Assembly: GCA_043816965.1 (NCBI GenBank)
Contig: JBDRHK010000092.1
Span: 1-24,109 of the forward strand
DNA from: Candidatus Iainarchaeum sp.
GTDB taxonomy: Archaea; Iainarchaeota; Iainarchaeia; Iainarchaeales; JAFCCJ01
Length of the DNA: 24,109 nucleotides
Reading direction: 5' to 3'
Position numbers and translations under genes: made by a program. The notes under the pieces were generated by a model, which saw nothing but the letters and a program-made list of their open reading frames with translations, searched no databases and was not told the origin of the DNA. Shown one piece after another: positions 15,916 to 23,910 of the stretch (within the stretch, counting starts at the first letter, position 1; each line of letters begins with the position of its first letter).

Positions 15916-16893
15916 ATGGCTGAACTGGACCTGAAAGACAGGATGATTATTTTCGAGCTGGACAAGAATTCGAGGCAGAGCCTTAAATCAGTGAGCAGGA
16001 AAGTTGGCGTGTCCAGAGAGGTTGTGGATTATAGGCTCGGCAATATGCTGAGGGAAGGTATCATCAGAAAATTTCTCGCCGTAATTGATGTTTCGAAGTT
16101 GGGGTTCACACACCACAAGGTTTACGTAAGGCTGCAGAACATTGATGAGGAAAAGAGCAGGTTGCTCCTCAACAAGATTATGCTCAACCCTTTCGTTACA
16201 TGGGTAGCGTTTGCTGACGGTGCCTACTCCCTCATCTTCGCGGTCAAGTCCCGGAACCTTGTTGAGCTCAATAAAATCCTCCGTGAAATTGAGAGTGATT
16301 TCGGCCAGTATTTCATGGAGTATGACATTGCAGGAATAATCCAGGGAATACATTTCGAAAGGAACTACCTTGTTCCGAAAAAGGCAGAATTCAAGGAAGT
16401 GAGCTGGGGGAGCGCGGTCAAAATCGAGGAAATTGATGAAACCGATAAAATAATTCTCCATCATTTAGGTAGGGACGCAAGGGCTAGGGCAGTTGACATT
16501 GCAAAGGAGGCAGACTGCTCCCCGGATTCTGTTGCGCAGAGAATCAGGGGGATGGAAGATGCCGGACTTGTTGAAAAATACATGGTTTTCACTGACAACA
16601 TCAAAATGGGTCAGCTCTATTACAAGGTTCTTGTCGGGCTTAAGCCGCTTAGCGAAGAAGTGGAAAAAAAGCTCGTGGATTACTGCAGCGCCCACCCTAA
16701 CATAGTATACATAGTCAAGGCATTGGGAAGGTGGAATCTTGAACTGGATATAGAGGTTGAAGACGTTAACAAATTCCGTGAGGTCATGCGCGACTTCTCC
16801 AGCAAGTTCTCAAAAAGCATCAAGGACTATTCCGCCCTCAACATTTACAATGACTTTAAATTCACCTTTTTCGAGAAAGAGATGTTTGATTGA
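15916..16893 (+). CDS. Tandem (double) Lrp/AsnC-family transcriptional regulator, paralog of 5646..6620
   Basis: KDRMIIFELDKNSRQSLKSVSRK and TDKIILHHLGRDARARAVDIAKE HTHs, each with a RAM domain. TTTATATT at 15885-15892, 23 nt before the ATG. Confidence 0.92.
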   Translation: MAELDLKDRMIIFELDKNSRQSLKSVSRKVGVSREVVDYRLGNMLREGIIRKFLAVIDVSKLGFTHHKVYVRLQNIDEEKSRLLLNKIMLNPFVTWVAFADGAYSLIFAVKSRNLVELNKILREIESDFGQYFMEYDIAGIIQGIHFERNYLVPKKAEFKEVSWGSAVKIEEIDETDKIILHHLGRDARARAVDIAKEADCSPDSVAQRIRGMEDAGLVEKYMVFTDNIKMGQLYYKVLVGLKPLSEEVEKKLVDYCSAHPNIVYIVKALGRWNLELDIEVEDVNKFREVMRDFSSKFSKSIKDYSALNIYNDFKFTFFEKEMFD

Positions 16894-16910
16894 ATTACCC
16901 ATTCCACGAA

Positions 16911-16937
16911 TTTCATACTTTTCATACTATTCATATT
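16911..16937 (+). promoter_or_regulatory. Three tandem 9-bp direct repeats upstream of the AbrB-ABC operon; candidate operator
   Basis: TTTCATACT-TTTCATACT-ATTCATATT runs into the TATA-like TTTAAAT (16936-16942), which ends 21 nt before ATG 16964. Confidence 0.65.
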
Positions 16938-16963
16938 TAAATGCTTTGATGCCAGTTATTGTT

Positions 16964-17179
16964 ATGCACGGGCATGAGAAGAAGTTCTACGGCACGGTTA
17001 AGGTAGGCGAGCGAGGGCAGGTTGTTATCCCCAATGAAGCGAGGGAAGAGCTCAATATAAAGGCTGGCGAGAAACTGCTTGTTTTTGGCAAGGGCGGGCA
17101 TGGCCTTATGATGGTGAAAGCCGACGAAATACAAAAGTTTGCCTCCAAGCTGCTTGGGCTTGTTGAGAAGGAAAAATAA
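16964..17179 (+). CDS. AbrB/MazE/SpoVT-family DNA-binding protein
   Basis: GTVKVGERGQVVIPNEAREELNIKAGEKLLVF, the swapped-hairpin signature. Confidence 0.92.
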   Translation: MHGHEKKFYGTVKVGERGQVVIPNEAREELNIKAGEKLLVFGKGGHGLMMVKADEIQKFASKLLGLVEKEK

Positions 17180-17196
17180 TGCAACAGGTGAGGAGC

Positions 17197-18192
17197 ATGA
17201 ATGCTATTGAAATACAAAACATCAGCAAATCCTATGCAAAAGGGATTAAGGCCGTTGATTCAGTCAGCCTTTCGATAAAGGAGGGGACAATTTTTGGTTT
17301 GCTTGGGCCAAATGGTGCGGGAAAAACCACGCTGATTTCCATGTTGGTTACGATGAGAAAGCCAACTGAAGGGAATGCAAGGGTAAATGGTTTTGATGTT
17401 GTGAAGCAGCCGGGAAATGTAAGGGAAAGCATTGGGATTGTTTTTCAGGACCCGAGCCTTGATGATGAATTAACTGCCTATGAAAACCTTGAGATGCATG
17501 CTGCGCTTTATGGTGTTGATAAAAGTTACAGGAAGGAAAGGATTGACGAGGTAATAAAACTTGTCGCCCTTGAAAAGCACAGGAACCAGCTGGTGAAAAA
17601 CTTTTCAGGCGGGATGAAAAGAAGGCTGGAGATTGCGCGAGGTTTGGTGCACCATCCAAAAATACTTTTTCTTGATGAACCCACTTTAGGATTAGACCCA
17701 CAGACAAGAATCAGCATATGGGAGTACATAAAGAAGCTCAACAAAAAGGAAAAAATCACGATAATCCTCACAACCCATTACATGGATGAGGCAGATGGTG
17801 TCTGCAGCAGGATCGGTATAATTGATTCAGGAAAAATAATTGCCGAGGACACCCCTGAAAACCTGAAAAACGCACTGGGCGGGGATGTTATTTCAATAAA
17901 ATGCGGTGCCGCAAAATCCTGCACTGATGAACTTTCAAAACTCAGTTGGGTTAAGTCTGCAATGCCACATGACGGCCTTATTGACATAAGGGTTGAGAAA
18001 GGCGAGGAAAAGATTCCGAAAATACTGCTGCTCATGGAAAAGAAAGGAATTGCCGTTGAATCTGTAAGCCTGAGAAAGCCCTCACTTGATGATGTTTTCC
18101 TGCACCACACAGGGAAGACAATAAGGGAGCAGGAAGCGGATCCAAAAGCAGGAATGAGGCAGAGGATGGCTGCATGGGGGCACAAAAGATGA
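17197..18192 (+). CDS. ABC exporter ATP-binding subunit (DrrA-like)
   Basis: Walker A GPNGAGKTT, signature FSGGMKRR, Walker B LFLDEPT, H-loop LTTHY, C-terminal SLDDVFL. Start behind AGGTGAGGAG. Confidence 0.95.
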   Translation: MNAIEIQNISKSYAKGIKAVDSVSLSIKEGTIFGLLGPNGAGKTTLISMLVTMRKPTEGNARVNGFDVVKQPGNVRESIGIVFQDPSLDDELTAYENLEMHAALYGVDKSYRKERIDEVIKLVALEKHRNQLVKNFSGGMKRRLEIARGLVHHPKILFLDEPTLGLDPQTRISIWEYIKKLNKKEKITIILTTHYMDEADGVCSRIGIIDSGKIIAEDTPENLKNALGGDVISIKCGAAKSCTDELSKLSWVKSAMPHDGLIDIRVEKGEEKIPKILLLMEKKGIAVESVSLRKPSLDDVFLHHTGKTIREQEADPKAGMRQRMAAWGHKR

Positions 18193-18947
18193 ACAGGGAA
18201 ATTGAGGCAATTTACGCCCTCTGGAAAAGGGAAATAATCAGGTTCTTCCGTGCAAAGAGCAGGATTGTAGGTAGTTTAGGAATGCCCTTCTTCTTCCTTG
18301 CGATTCTTGGAACTGGTTTGAATAATGCATTCAGTTTTCCAGGGATGGAGGGAAATTACCTGCAGTTCCTCACCCCGGGAATAATTGGAATGGTTCTGAT
18401 GTTTGGCTCTATGTTTGCGGGAATTATTGTCCTCATGGACAGGCAGTTTGGCTTCCTGAAAGAGACATTAGTTGCGCCTGTCAGCAGGCTTTCAATAATA
18501 ATTGGGAAATCAATTGGTGGGGCAACAACAGCAATGATTCAGGGAATAATAATAATGGTGCTTGCGGTTTTTTTGGGGGTGCAGTTCAGCCTGGCGAATA
18601 TTTTACTTTTGCTTTTGTTCATGTTCCTGATTTCATTTATGTTTGTCTCACTTGGAATAGCAATCGCCTCTGTCCTTGATGACATGCATGGCTTCCAGCT
18701 GATAATGAATTTCATAATAATGCCATTCTTTTTCCTGAGCGGGGCGCTTTTCCCGCTTTCCTCTGCTCCGGAAATTCTCAGGATAGCGTCAATGTTCGAT
18801 CCCCTCACATATGGTGTCAGCGGATTGCGTTACATTCTGATCGGAACCTCAGAAATAGATTTTGGATTTTCACTTGCGGCAGTGTGCGGATTTTCAATCC
18901 TTTTCATCGCAATAGCAATCTATTTGTTCAACAGGATTGAGGAATGA
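18189..18947 (+). CDS. ABC-2 type permease (DrrB-like)
   Basis: YLQFLTPGIIGM, DRQFGFLKETLVAPVSR, FLSGALFP, PLTY; about six TM segments; ATGA overlap with the ATPase gene. Confidence 0.95.
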   Translation: MNREIEAIYALWKREIIRFFRAKSRIVGSLGMPFFFLAILGTGLNNAFSFPGMEGNYLQFLTPGIIGMVLMFGSMFAGIIVLMDRQFGFLKETLVAPVSRLSIIIGKSIGGATTAMIQGIIIMVLAVFLGVQFSLANILLLLLFMFLISFMFVSLGIAIASVLDDMHGFQLIMNFIIMPFFFLSGALFPLSSAPEILRIASMFDPLTYGVSGLRYILIGTSEIDFGFSLAAVCGFSILFIAIAIYLFNRIEE

Positions 18948-18955
18948 GAACCAAT

Positions 18956-19639
18956 TCAGGAAATTGAATACTCTAATGCAGCTTTTGCATGCAGTTCCAA
19001 GGTGTTAAGCAGTTTCTTATCCGAATCTTTTTGCTCAAGGATTAAAGGCAATTCAGTGCAGCCTAAAATCACTCCATCCACTTTGTAATTGTTTATTATT
19101 TCCAGGAGCTTGTTTTTGCTATCTTCGTTGAATTTTCCAATAACCAGTTCCTTGAAAATAATTCGGTTAATCTCATCCTGTTCCTGCTCATTTGGAACAA
19201 TAATTTCGATTCCGTATTTTTTGCAAACATTTTGGTAGAATGAAGATTGCATTGTGAATTTAATCCCCAGCAAAAGCAGTTTCTTCATCCCATCTCTTTC
19301 GGCCTTTTTCGCAGTAACTTCGGCAATGCTTATCATCGGGACAGCTGCTTGCTTCTGTACTTCGTCAAAAACAGCGTGTGGCGAGTTGGCGGCCATTATT
19401 ATGAACTCGGCTCCTGCCTTCTCAAGGGAACTTATCCCTCTCTGGAGATATTTCACATAGCCTTTCATATCCTTATTATTCTCAAAATCAGAAAGTTTCT
19501 GGAAATCAACGCTGAAAATTACGACCTCAGGATAATAGTAATCCTTGTGGGTTTCAAAATATTTACCAAGTATTAGTTCATAGTACTTAATGGTTGATTC
19601 ATGGCTCATTCCGCCTAAAATCCCGATTCTTTTTTTCAT
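18956..19639 (-). CDS. Aspartate/glutamate racemase family protein (single catalytic Cys variant)
   Basis: IGILGGMSHEST..YY, MAANSPH, LLG..FTM, ILGCTELP. Confidence 0.9.
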   Translation of the reverse strand: MKKRIGILGGMSHESTIKYYELILGKYFETHKDYYYPEVVIFSVDFQKLSDFENNKDMKGYVKYLQRGISSLEKAGAEFIIMAANSPHAVFDEVQKQAAVPMISIAEVTAKKAERDGMKKLLLLGIKFTMQSSFYQNVCKKYGIEIIVPNEQEQDEINRIIFKELVIGKFNEDSKNKLLEIINNYKVDGVILGCTELPLILEQKDSDKKLLNTLELHAKAALEYSIS

Positions 19640-19650
19640 AATTTAACCTT

Positions 19651-20805
19651 CTACGCCACAAGGGAAAGTATGTAAGGAAGCGCAATCATAGTTCCAATAG
19701 TGCTCCCAATATTCGCATAAGCTGTAACAATTAAAATTCTCGTAACCTGGTTGTTGAGAAAATCCCCATAGCTGTTCAGTTTCCTCAATCCCTCGAAGTC
19801 CTTCACTTTTGGAGAATTGAATTTCGCCTCAACATACCCCGCAACCCAGCCTGCTGCAATCAATGGGTTCAGCGAGGTTAAGGGGGCAGCAACAAATGCG
19901 GCGATGATTGAGAAGGGGTGCCCTCTCGCAAGCAGCACCCCGAGCGCGGAAAGTGTCCCATTAATGAGGAACCACCAAATCAGAATCCACAAACCGGTTT
20001 CCAAACCCTTTGTGATTAGCCCATAGCTAAGCATCATCACGAAAATTGCAGGAATTATCCAGCCGATTATTTTAATCCAGTTTTTTGAGGGGGGAATTAA
20101 ATTCAGATGCGAGATTTCCCTCGGCTTATCGAGGAATTTCTTCACCCCATCCAGATGCCCTGCCCCCAATACTGCGACAATCTTTTTTCCAGGAGCTGCA
20201 AGAATTTTGTTTGCGATGAAAAGATCCCGTTCATCAACAAGAATCCTTTTCACCCCTGGCATCTCCTGCGAGAGCTTCTTCATTAGCTCATTCATTACAT
20301 CCTTATCTTTCAGGATTTCAACCTTCTCCTTTGTGATTTGTTCCTTCTCATCAGTAAACAAACCCAACACAATTCCCCAAATCAGCTTTGCTTTCTCAAT
20401 AATTGACATTGCATCCATCGCCCTTTTGAGCGTAATTTTAACGCTCCTATCCAGGAGGGCAATTCCAATTTCCTTTTCCTCGGCAATTTTTGCGGCGGTT
20501 ATCATCTCCATTCCTGGTTTAACCCCCAATTGCTGCCCAAGCTGCCTTTGGAGATTTGTTAGCATTATATTAATCAGAAAAAGATAGGTCTGCCCTGACT
20601 TAATCATCTTGGAAATGTCAAGCTCGCCCCATTTCTGCCCCTGCTTGAGCTGAAGATACCTTTCCCTGTCCAGTTCAACCCCGACAATATCAGGTTTTTC
20701 CTCCTCAATGGTTTTTTTCACCAATTCAGTGCTTTCCTCTGAAACATGGGCAGTTCCAACAAGGATAATTTCCTTTTCCCCGAACTTAATCCTCTCAACA
20801 AGCAA
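19651..20805 (-). CDS. TraB/GumN family (pheromone-shutdown-like) membrane protein
   Basis: LVGTAHVS, VELDRER, PGMEM, DERD, VLGAGH, plus C-terminal TM helices with APLTSLNP. TTG start. Confidence 0.93.
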   Translation of the reverse strand: MLVERIKFGEKEIILVGTAHVSEESTELVKKTIEEEKPDIVGVELDRERYLQLKQGQKWGELDISKMIKSGQTYLFLINIMLTNLQRQLGQQLGVKPGMEMITAAKIAEEKEIGIALLDRSVKITLKRAMDAMSIIEKAKLIWGIVLGLFTDEKEQITKEKVEILKDKDVMNELMKKLSQEMPGVKRILVDERDLFIANKILAAPGKKIVAVLGAGHLDGVKKFLDKPREISHLNLIPPSKNWIKIIGWIIPAIFVMMLSYGLITKGLETGLWILIWWFLINGTLSALGVLLARGHPFSIIAAFVAAPLTSLNPLIAAGWVAGYVEAKFNSPKVKDFEGLRKLNSYGDFLNNQVTRILIVTAYANIGSTIGTMIALPYILSLVA

Positions 20806-20878
20806 TCAAACCACTCAAACAAGAAGGTTCAATAAGGTTATAAAGAATTTGATGAAATTTATTTATGTGGGAATCCAA

Positions 20879-21241
20879 ATGAATTCAAAATTATATTTAG
20901 TTTTGGCGGTTTTTGCCTTATTCCTAATTAGCTCAGTTTCCGCACAAAACACTTGCGAAGGAAAACTCTGTGGGGACAATAACCCCTGCACAGTAGATGC
21001 CTGCGATGAATCAACAGGGGCTTGTGTAAACCTCCCTGTCCCTGACAAATACAGCTGCGGTGAGGGGATGGAGTGCAAGGATGCGGCCTGCGTGGAATCA
21101 TTGGCTGAATTTTCCGGGGAACTTACTGATGAAACAGCAGCTCCGACAGGGCTTTTTGGATTCCTGGATTATGACCTGTCTTTGCTCCTCATATCATCCA
21201 TAATTATTGTTGCGGCAGCCTATTATGCCCTGAAGAAATAA
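20879..21241 (+). CDS. Small membrane-anchored Cys-rich surface protein
   Basis: Signal peptide MNSKLYLVLAVFALFLISSVSA; module CGDNNPCTVDACDESTGACVN; PTGLF followed by a TM helix and terminal KK. Confidence 0.85.
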   Translation: MNSKLYLVLAVFALFLISSVSAQNTCEGKLCGDNNPCTVDACDESTGACVNLPVPDKYSCGEGMECKDAACVESLAEFSGELTDETAAPTGLFGFLDYDLSLLLISSIIIVAAAYYALKK

Positions 21242-21283
21242 TAAACTTTGTATTTATAAACAAAATGCCCAACAAAAATAAAT

Positions 21284-21781
21284 GTGAAAGGAAGCGGAAA
21301 AGGCAGGGGCTTTAGCTGGAGGCTGCCGAAGCCCAGCATCAGATTATCGTGGGAAGGCGGTGAGAAAAAAAACCCTAGTAAGAAAGAAGGGGTTGAAGAA
21401 AAAAATACTCTGGAGCCTAAAAAAAGTCATCCCATCAGGTTTAGCTCATATCTCATGAGCGAGGGGTTTGTTCAATTCGTCAAAGGTGTAGCTAAATTGA
21501 CTGGTGACAACTCAATTTTAGAGAAATACGAGGCTCTGACAAAAAAGGTATCTAGTTTGGAGCTTATCTCTGCCCATAACACTGGGCACATATTTAATGA
21601 AAATACAGAAATTAGGGAGTTCAGGGCTTTATTGTACAAAGCGTTTAAGCGGTACTTGAGAGGTCGCTCTCCGGATGAGCAAGAGGAAGCAAAATCTTTT
21701 TACGGTAAGCTTGCAAAAAAAAGGGATTCTGCCAATGAAAGAATTTTTGGCAAAAATTCCGGAGAAGGCAGGGGAATCTGA
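21284..21781 (+). CDS. Orphan protein with a K/R/P-rich N-terminus
   Basis: 165-aa ORF with a GTG start 23 nt after TTTATAAA. It fills the intergenic space; no recognisable motif. Confidence 0.6.
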   Translation: MKGSGKGRGFSWRLPKPSIRLSWEGGEKKNPSKKEGVEEKNTLEPKKSHPIRFSSYLMSEGFVQFVKGVAKLTGDNSILEKYEALTKKVSSLELISAHNTGHIFNENTEIREFRALLYKAFKRYLRGRSPDEQEEAKSFYGKLAKKRDSANERIFGKNSGEGRGI

Positions 21782-21849
21782 TTCCCTTTCAGGAAGTGAA
21801 ATGAAAAAGTTTAAAAAGAAGGTAAGACGTAATTCTTTTGGTGTTTTAT

Positions 21850-22809
21850 ATGAAAAGGCTCACAATCGCATTATTCCTTTTTCTTATTTCAGCCGGAGTT
21901 ATGGCACTTTCAATTTCCGCGCCCTCCTCGGTTCCATCCAATGCGGCATGGAGCTTCTCGGTTGAACTCAACCCAACAGACTCCTTCAACAGTACAGAAG
22001 TGCAAATTGACGGTTCAGGCCTGCTCACCGTCCATTCAAACGGAAACATTGTCCCTGATTCGCAGAACGGCGGCTTTGTTATCAAGGCATTTGTTATTGA
22101 CAATTCACCCTCGTCAACCTCAGGATTAATTCTTTATGTCTCCCATATGGGCCTCAATTCAGGAAGCCACACAGTGGTTGCGAGGGAAAACACCGGCGAA
22201 GAGAGCTCTGCCTCTGTTGATTCGCTTGGGGCGGCAGACCTTTCAGCAATAGAGGCAAAGGTAAACCAGGCGGTTATTGACAAGGAGAATATTGATGCCA
22301 AGATACTGGGCCTGACTGCGGATGCAAGGGCGTTCAATCAAATGATAAAAACAAACGAGGAGAGCATTGCAGGCTTAAGAAGCCAGTTGGATAATTTCGG
22401 CAGCAGCATAATCTCACTTGAGGGAAGCCTGCAGTCGCAGGGAAATTTGAGCGATGAAACAAAGGCCTCGCTGCAGCAGTTGAGGAATGAATATGACAGC
22501 TTTATTGCTTTCCTGCAGGAGAAGGAAATTGCTGAGATGGCAGAGCCTGAATCAGGCGAACTGATTCCTGTAAGCGGCATGGTTGGCTTGGGAATGTTTG
22601 TCCTGGACACTATCTGGTTGCCTGTAATTGCCCTGTTTGCGTTTATTGTAATCGTGCTGGTTGCGTTCTATGTTAAGAAGGCCCTGACAAAGGATGGAAG
22701 TTCACCATACTTTGAGGCAGACAGTGATGACGGTGTTTCCTTTGATAAGGGAATTTCCCCTGAGGACAGGGAAGAATCCGGCAAAAAGGGAAAATGGTCC
22801 TCGGAATAA
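21850..22809 (+). CDS. Secreted membrane-anchored protein: beta-rich domain, coiled-coil stalk, C-terminal TM helix
   Basis: Signal peptide MKRLTIALFLFLISAGVMA; S/T/V-rich beta region; heptad region (LSAIEAKV...LQQLRNEY); TM IWLPVIALFAFIVIVLVAFYV followed by KK. Confidence 0.85.
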   Translation: MKRLTIALFLFLISAGVMALSISAPSSVPSNAAWSFSVELNPTDSFNSTEVQIDGSGLLTVHSNGNIVPDSQNGGFVIKAFVIDNSPSSTSGLILYVSHMGLNSGSHTVVARENTGEESSASVDSLGAADLSAIEAKVNQAVIDKENIDAKILGLTADARAFNQMIKTNEESIAGLRSQLDNFGSSIISLEGSLQSQGNLSDETKASLQQLRNEYDSFIAFLQEKEIAEMAEPESGELIPVSGMVGLGMFVLDTIWLPVIALFAFIVIVLVAFYVKKALTKDGSSPYFEADSDDGVSFDKGISPEDREESGKKGKWSSE

Positions 22810-22853
22810 GTTCCCGCAACTTATAAATATCAGTTTGGACTTATTTGGGGATT

Positions 22854-23903
22854 ATGAGAAAAGTATTGTTTGCTCTCCCAATTTTAGGAATTCTTTCTAG
22901 TGGCTGTATGGACGGTTGTGGATGGAAGGATTCTTACATAACTGATCTTAGAGTTGAGCCCAGCATTCCTTGTCTTTCAGTATCGGTAAACAACTGTAAT
23001 GGCGGAGTATTGGAAATCATAAATGATTGTGATGAGAATTTTGAGATAGGGGACGCTTTAATTTATTCTAATTATAATGACGCGATTGAGATTGTGCGAA
23101 ATCCTAAGGGCCAAACTTTAGTGATGGAATCAAATGGCAATTACACATCTTATGTTCCTGATGAGGACATCTTTTTAAGTGCCAATGGGAACATCGGTGA
23201 AAAAATAATTTCAATTTCTTATGTTAAGAAAAACAATGGCGAAGAACCCATGTTCCCGATACAATTTAAAATTCAAGAAGAAATTGAAAAGATTAATTAC
23301 TGCTCAAAGGATTTTGATTGCGCTTTACAGGAAACTTATATTCTCTCACACATTGAAAACAATGGCGAAGTTCCCGATTGTCATGTTTTTGCTAATAAAA
23401 ATGAGGAATTAAGTGAAATACGTGATATGATTAGCCATAATTTCCCTCTTTCTGATCTAAACATTTCTCGAAGCATATGTTTCCCATCAAAATCAAAAAT
23501 AGGCCCTATGTGTATTAATGGAAAATGTGTCCCTAAGCCTACAATCCTTCTTAAACAATTTAATGTTCCTTGTGAAACAGATAGTGAGTGCGATACGGGC
23601 TTTGATTGTAAAGAGGTTCTGCAGGATGTCATGACAAAAAGGTGTGTTGAAAGTGATATGGATTATTATAAAGGGCACTGCAAAGAGATAGATCAAAATC
23701 CGCCTGAGTTGACATATGAATTAGATGCCTGTGGGAAAGACCCTTGCGGATCTGTTTGTGATGATGAAAATAATTGTTATCCCGTTAAAACAAAGGTAGG
23801 GTGTGAAAATATTTCCGATAATCCTGGCGGAATGTTAGGAATGCCCCGGTGTATTTGGATATCTAGGCGGGATGGGTGTCAGCCAAACAACGGATATCAG
23901 TGA
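22854..23903 (+). CDS. Cys-rich putative lipoprotein
   Basis: Lipobox-like MRKVLFALPILGILSSGC; 23 Cys in total; YCSKDFDC and CETDSEC modules. Confidence 0.8.
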   Translation: MRKVLFALPILGILSSGCMDGCGWKDSYITDLRVEPSIPCLSVSVNNCNGGVLEIINDCDENFEIGDALIYSNYNDAIEIVRNPKGQTLVMESNGNYTSYVPDEDIFLSANGNIGEKIISISYVKKNNGEEPMFPIQFKIQEEIEKINYCSKDFDCALQETYILSHIENNGEVPDCHVFANKNEELSEIRDMISHNFPLSDLNISRSICFPSKSKIGPMCINGKCVPKPTILLKQFNVPCETDSECDTGFDCKEVLQDVMTKRCVESDMDYYKGHCKEIDQNPPELTYELDACGKDPCGSVCDDENNCYPVKTKVGCENISDNPGGMLGMPRCIWISRRDGCQPNNGYQ

Positions 23904-23910
23904 ATTTGTG

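Noticed and set aside
16964..17179. AbrB protein as a VapB/MazE antitoxin
   Set aside because: No PIN or MazF toxin is adjacent; it heads an ABC exporter operon.
19651..20805. TraB as evidence of a conjugative element
   Set aside because: This is the TraB/GumN (pheromone-shutdown) family, which is common on archaeal chromosomes; no transfer or integrase genes are present.
21265..21315. Short ATG ORF (MPNKNKCERKRKRQGL) overlapping the start of the 21284 gene
   Set aside because: The ATG is only 4 nt from the TATA box, so it is upstream of the expected TSS; the GTG at 21284 fits the spacing.
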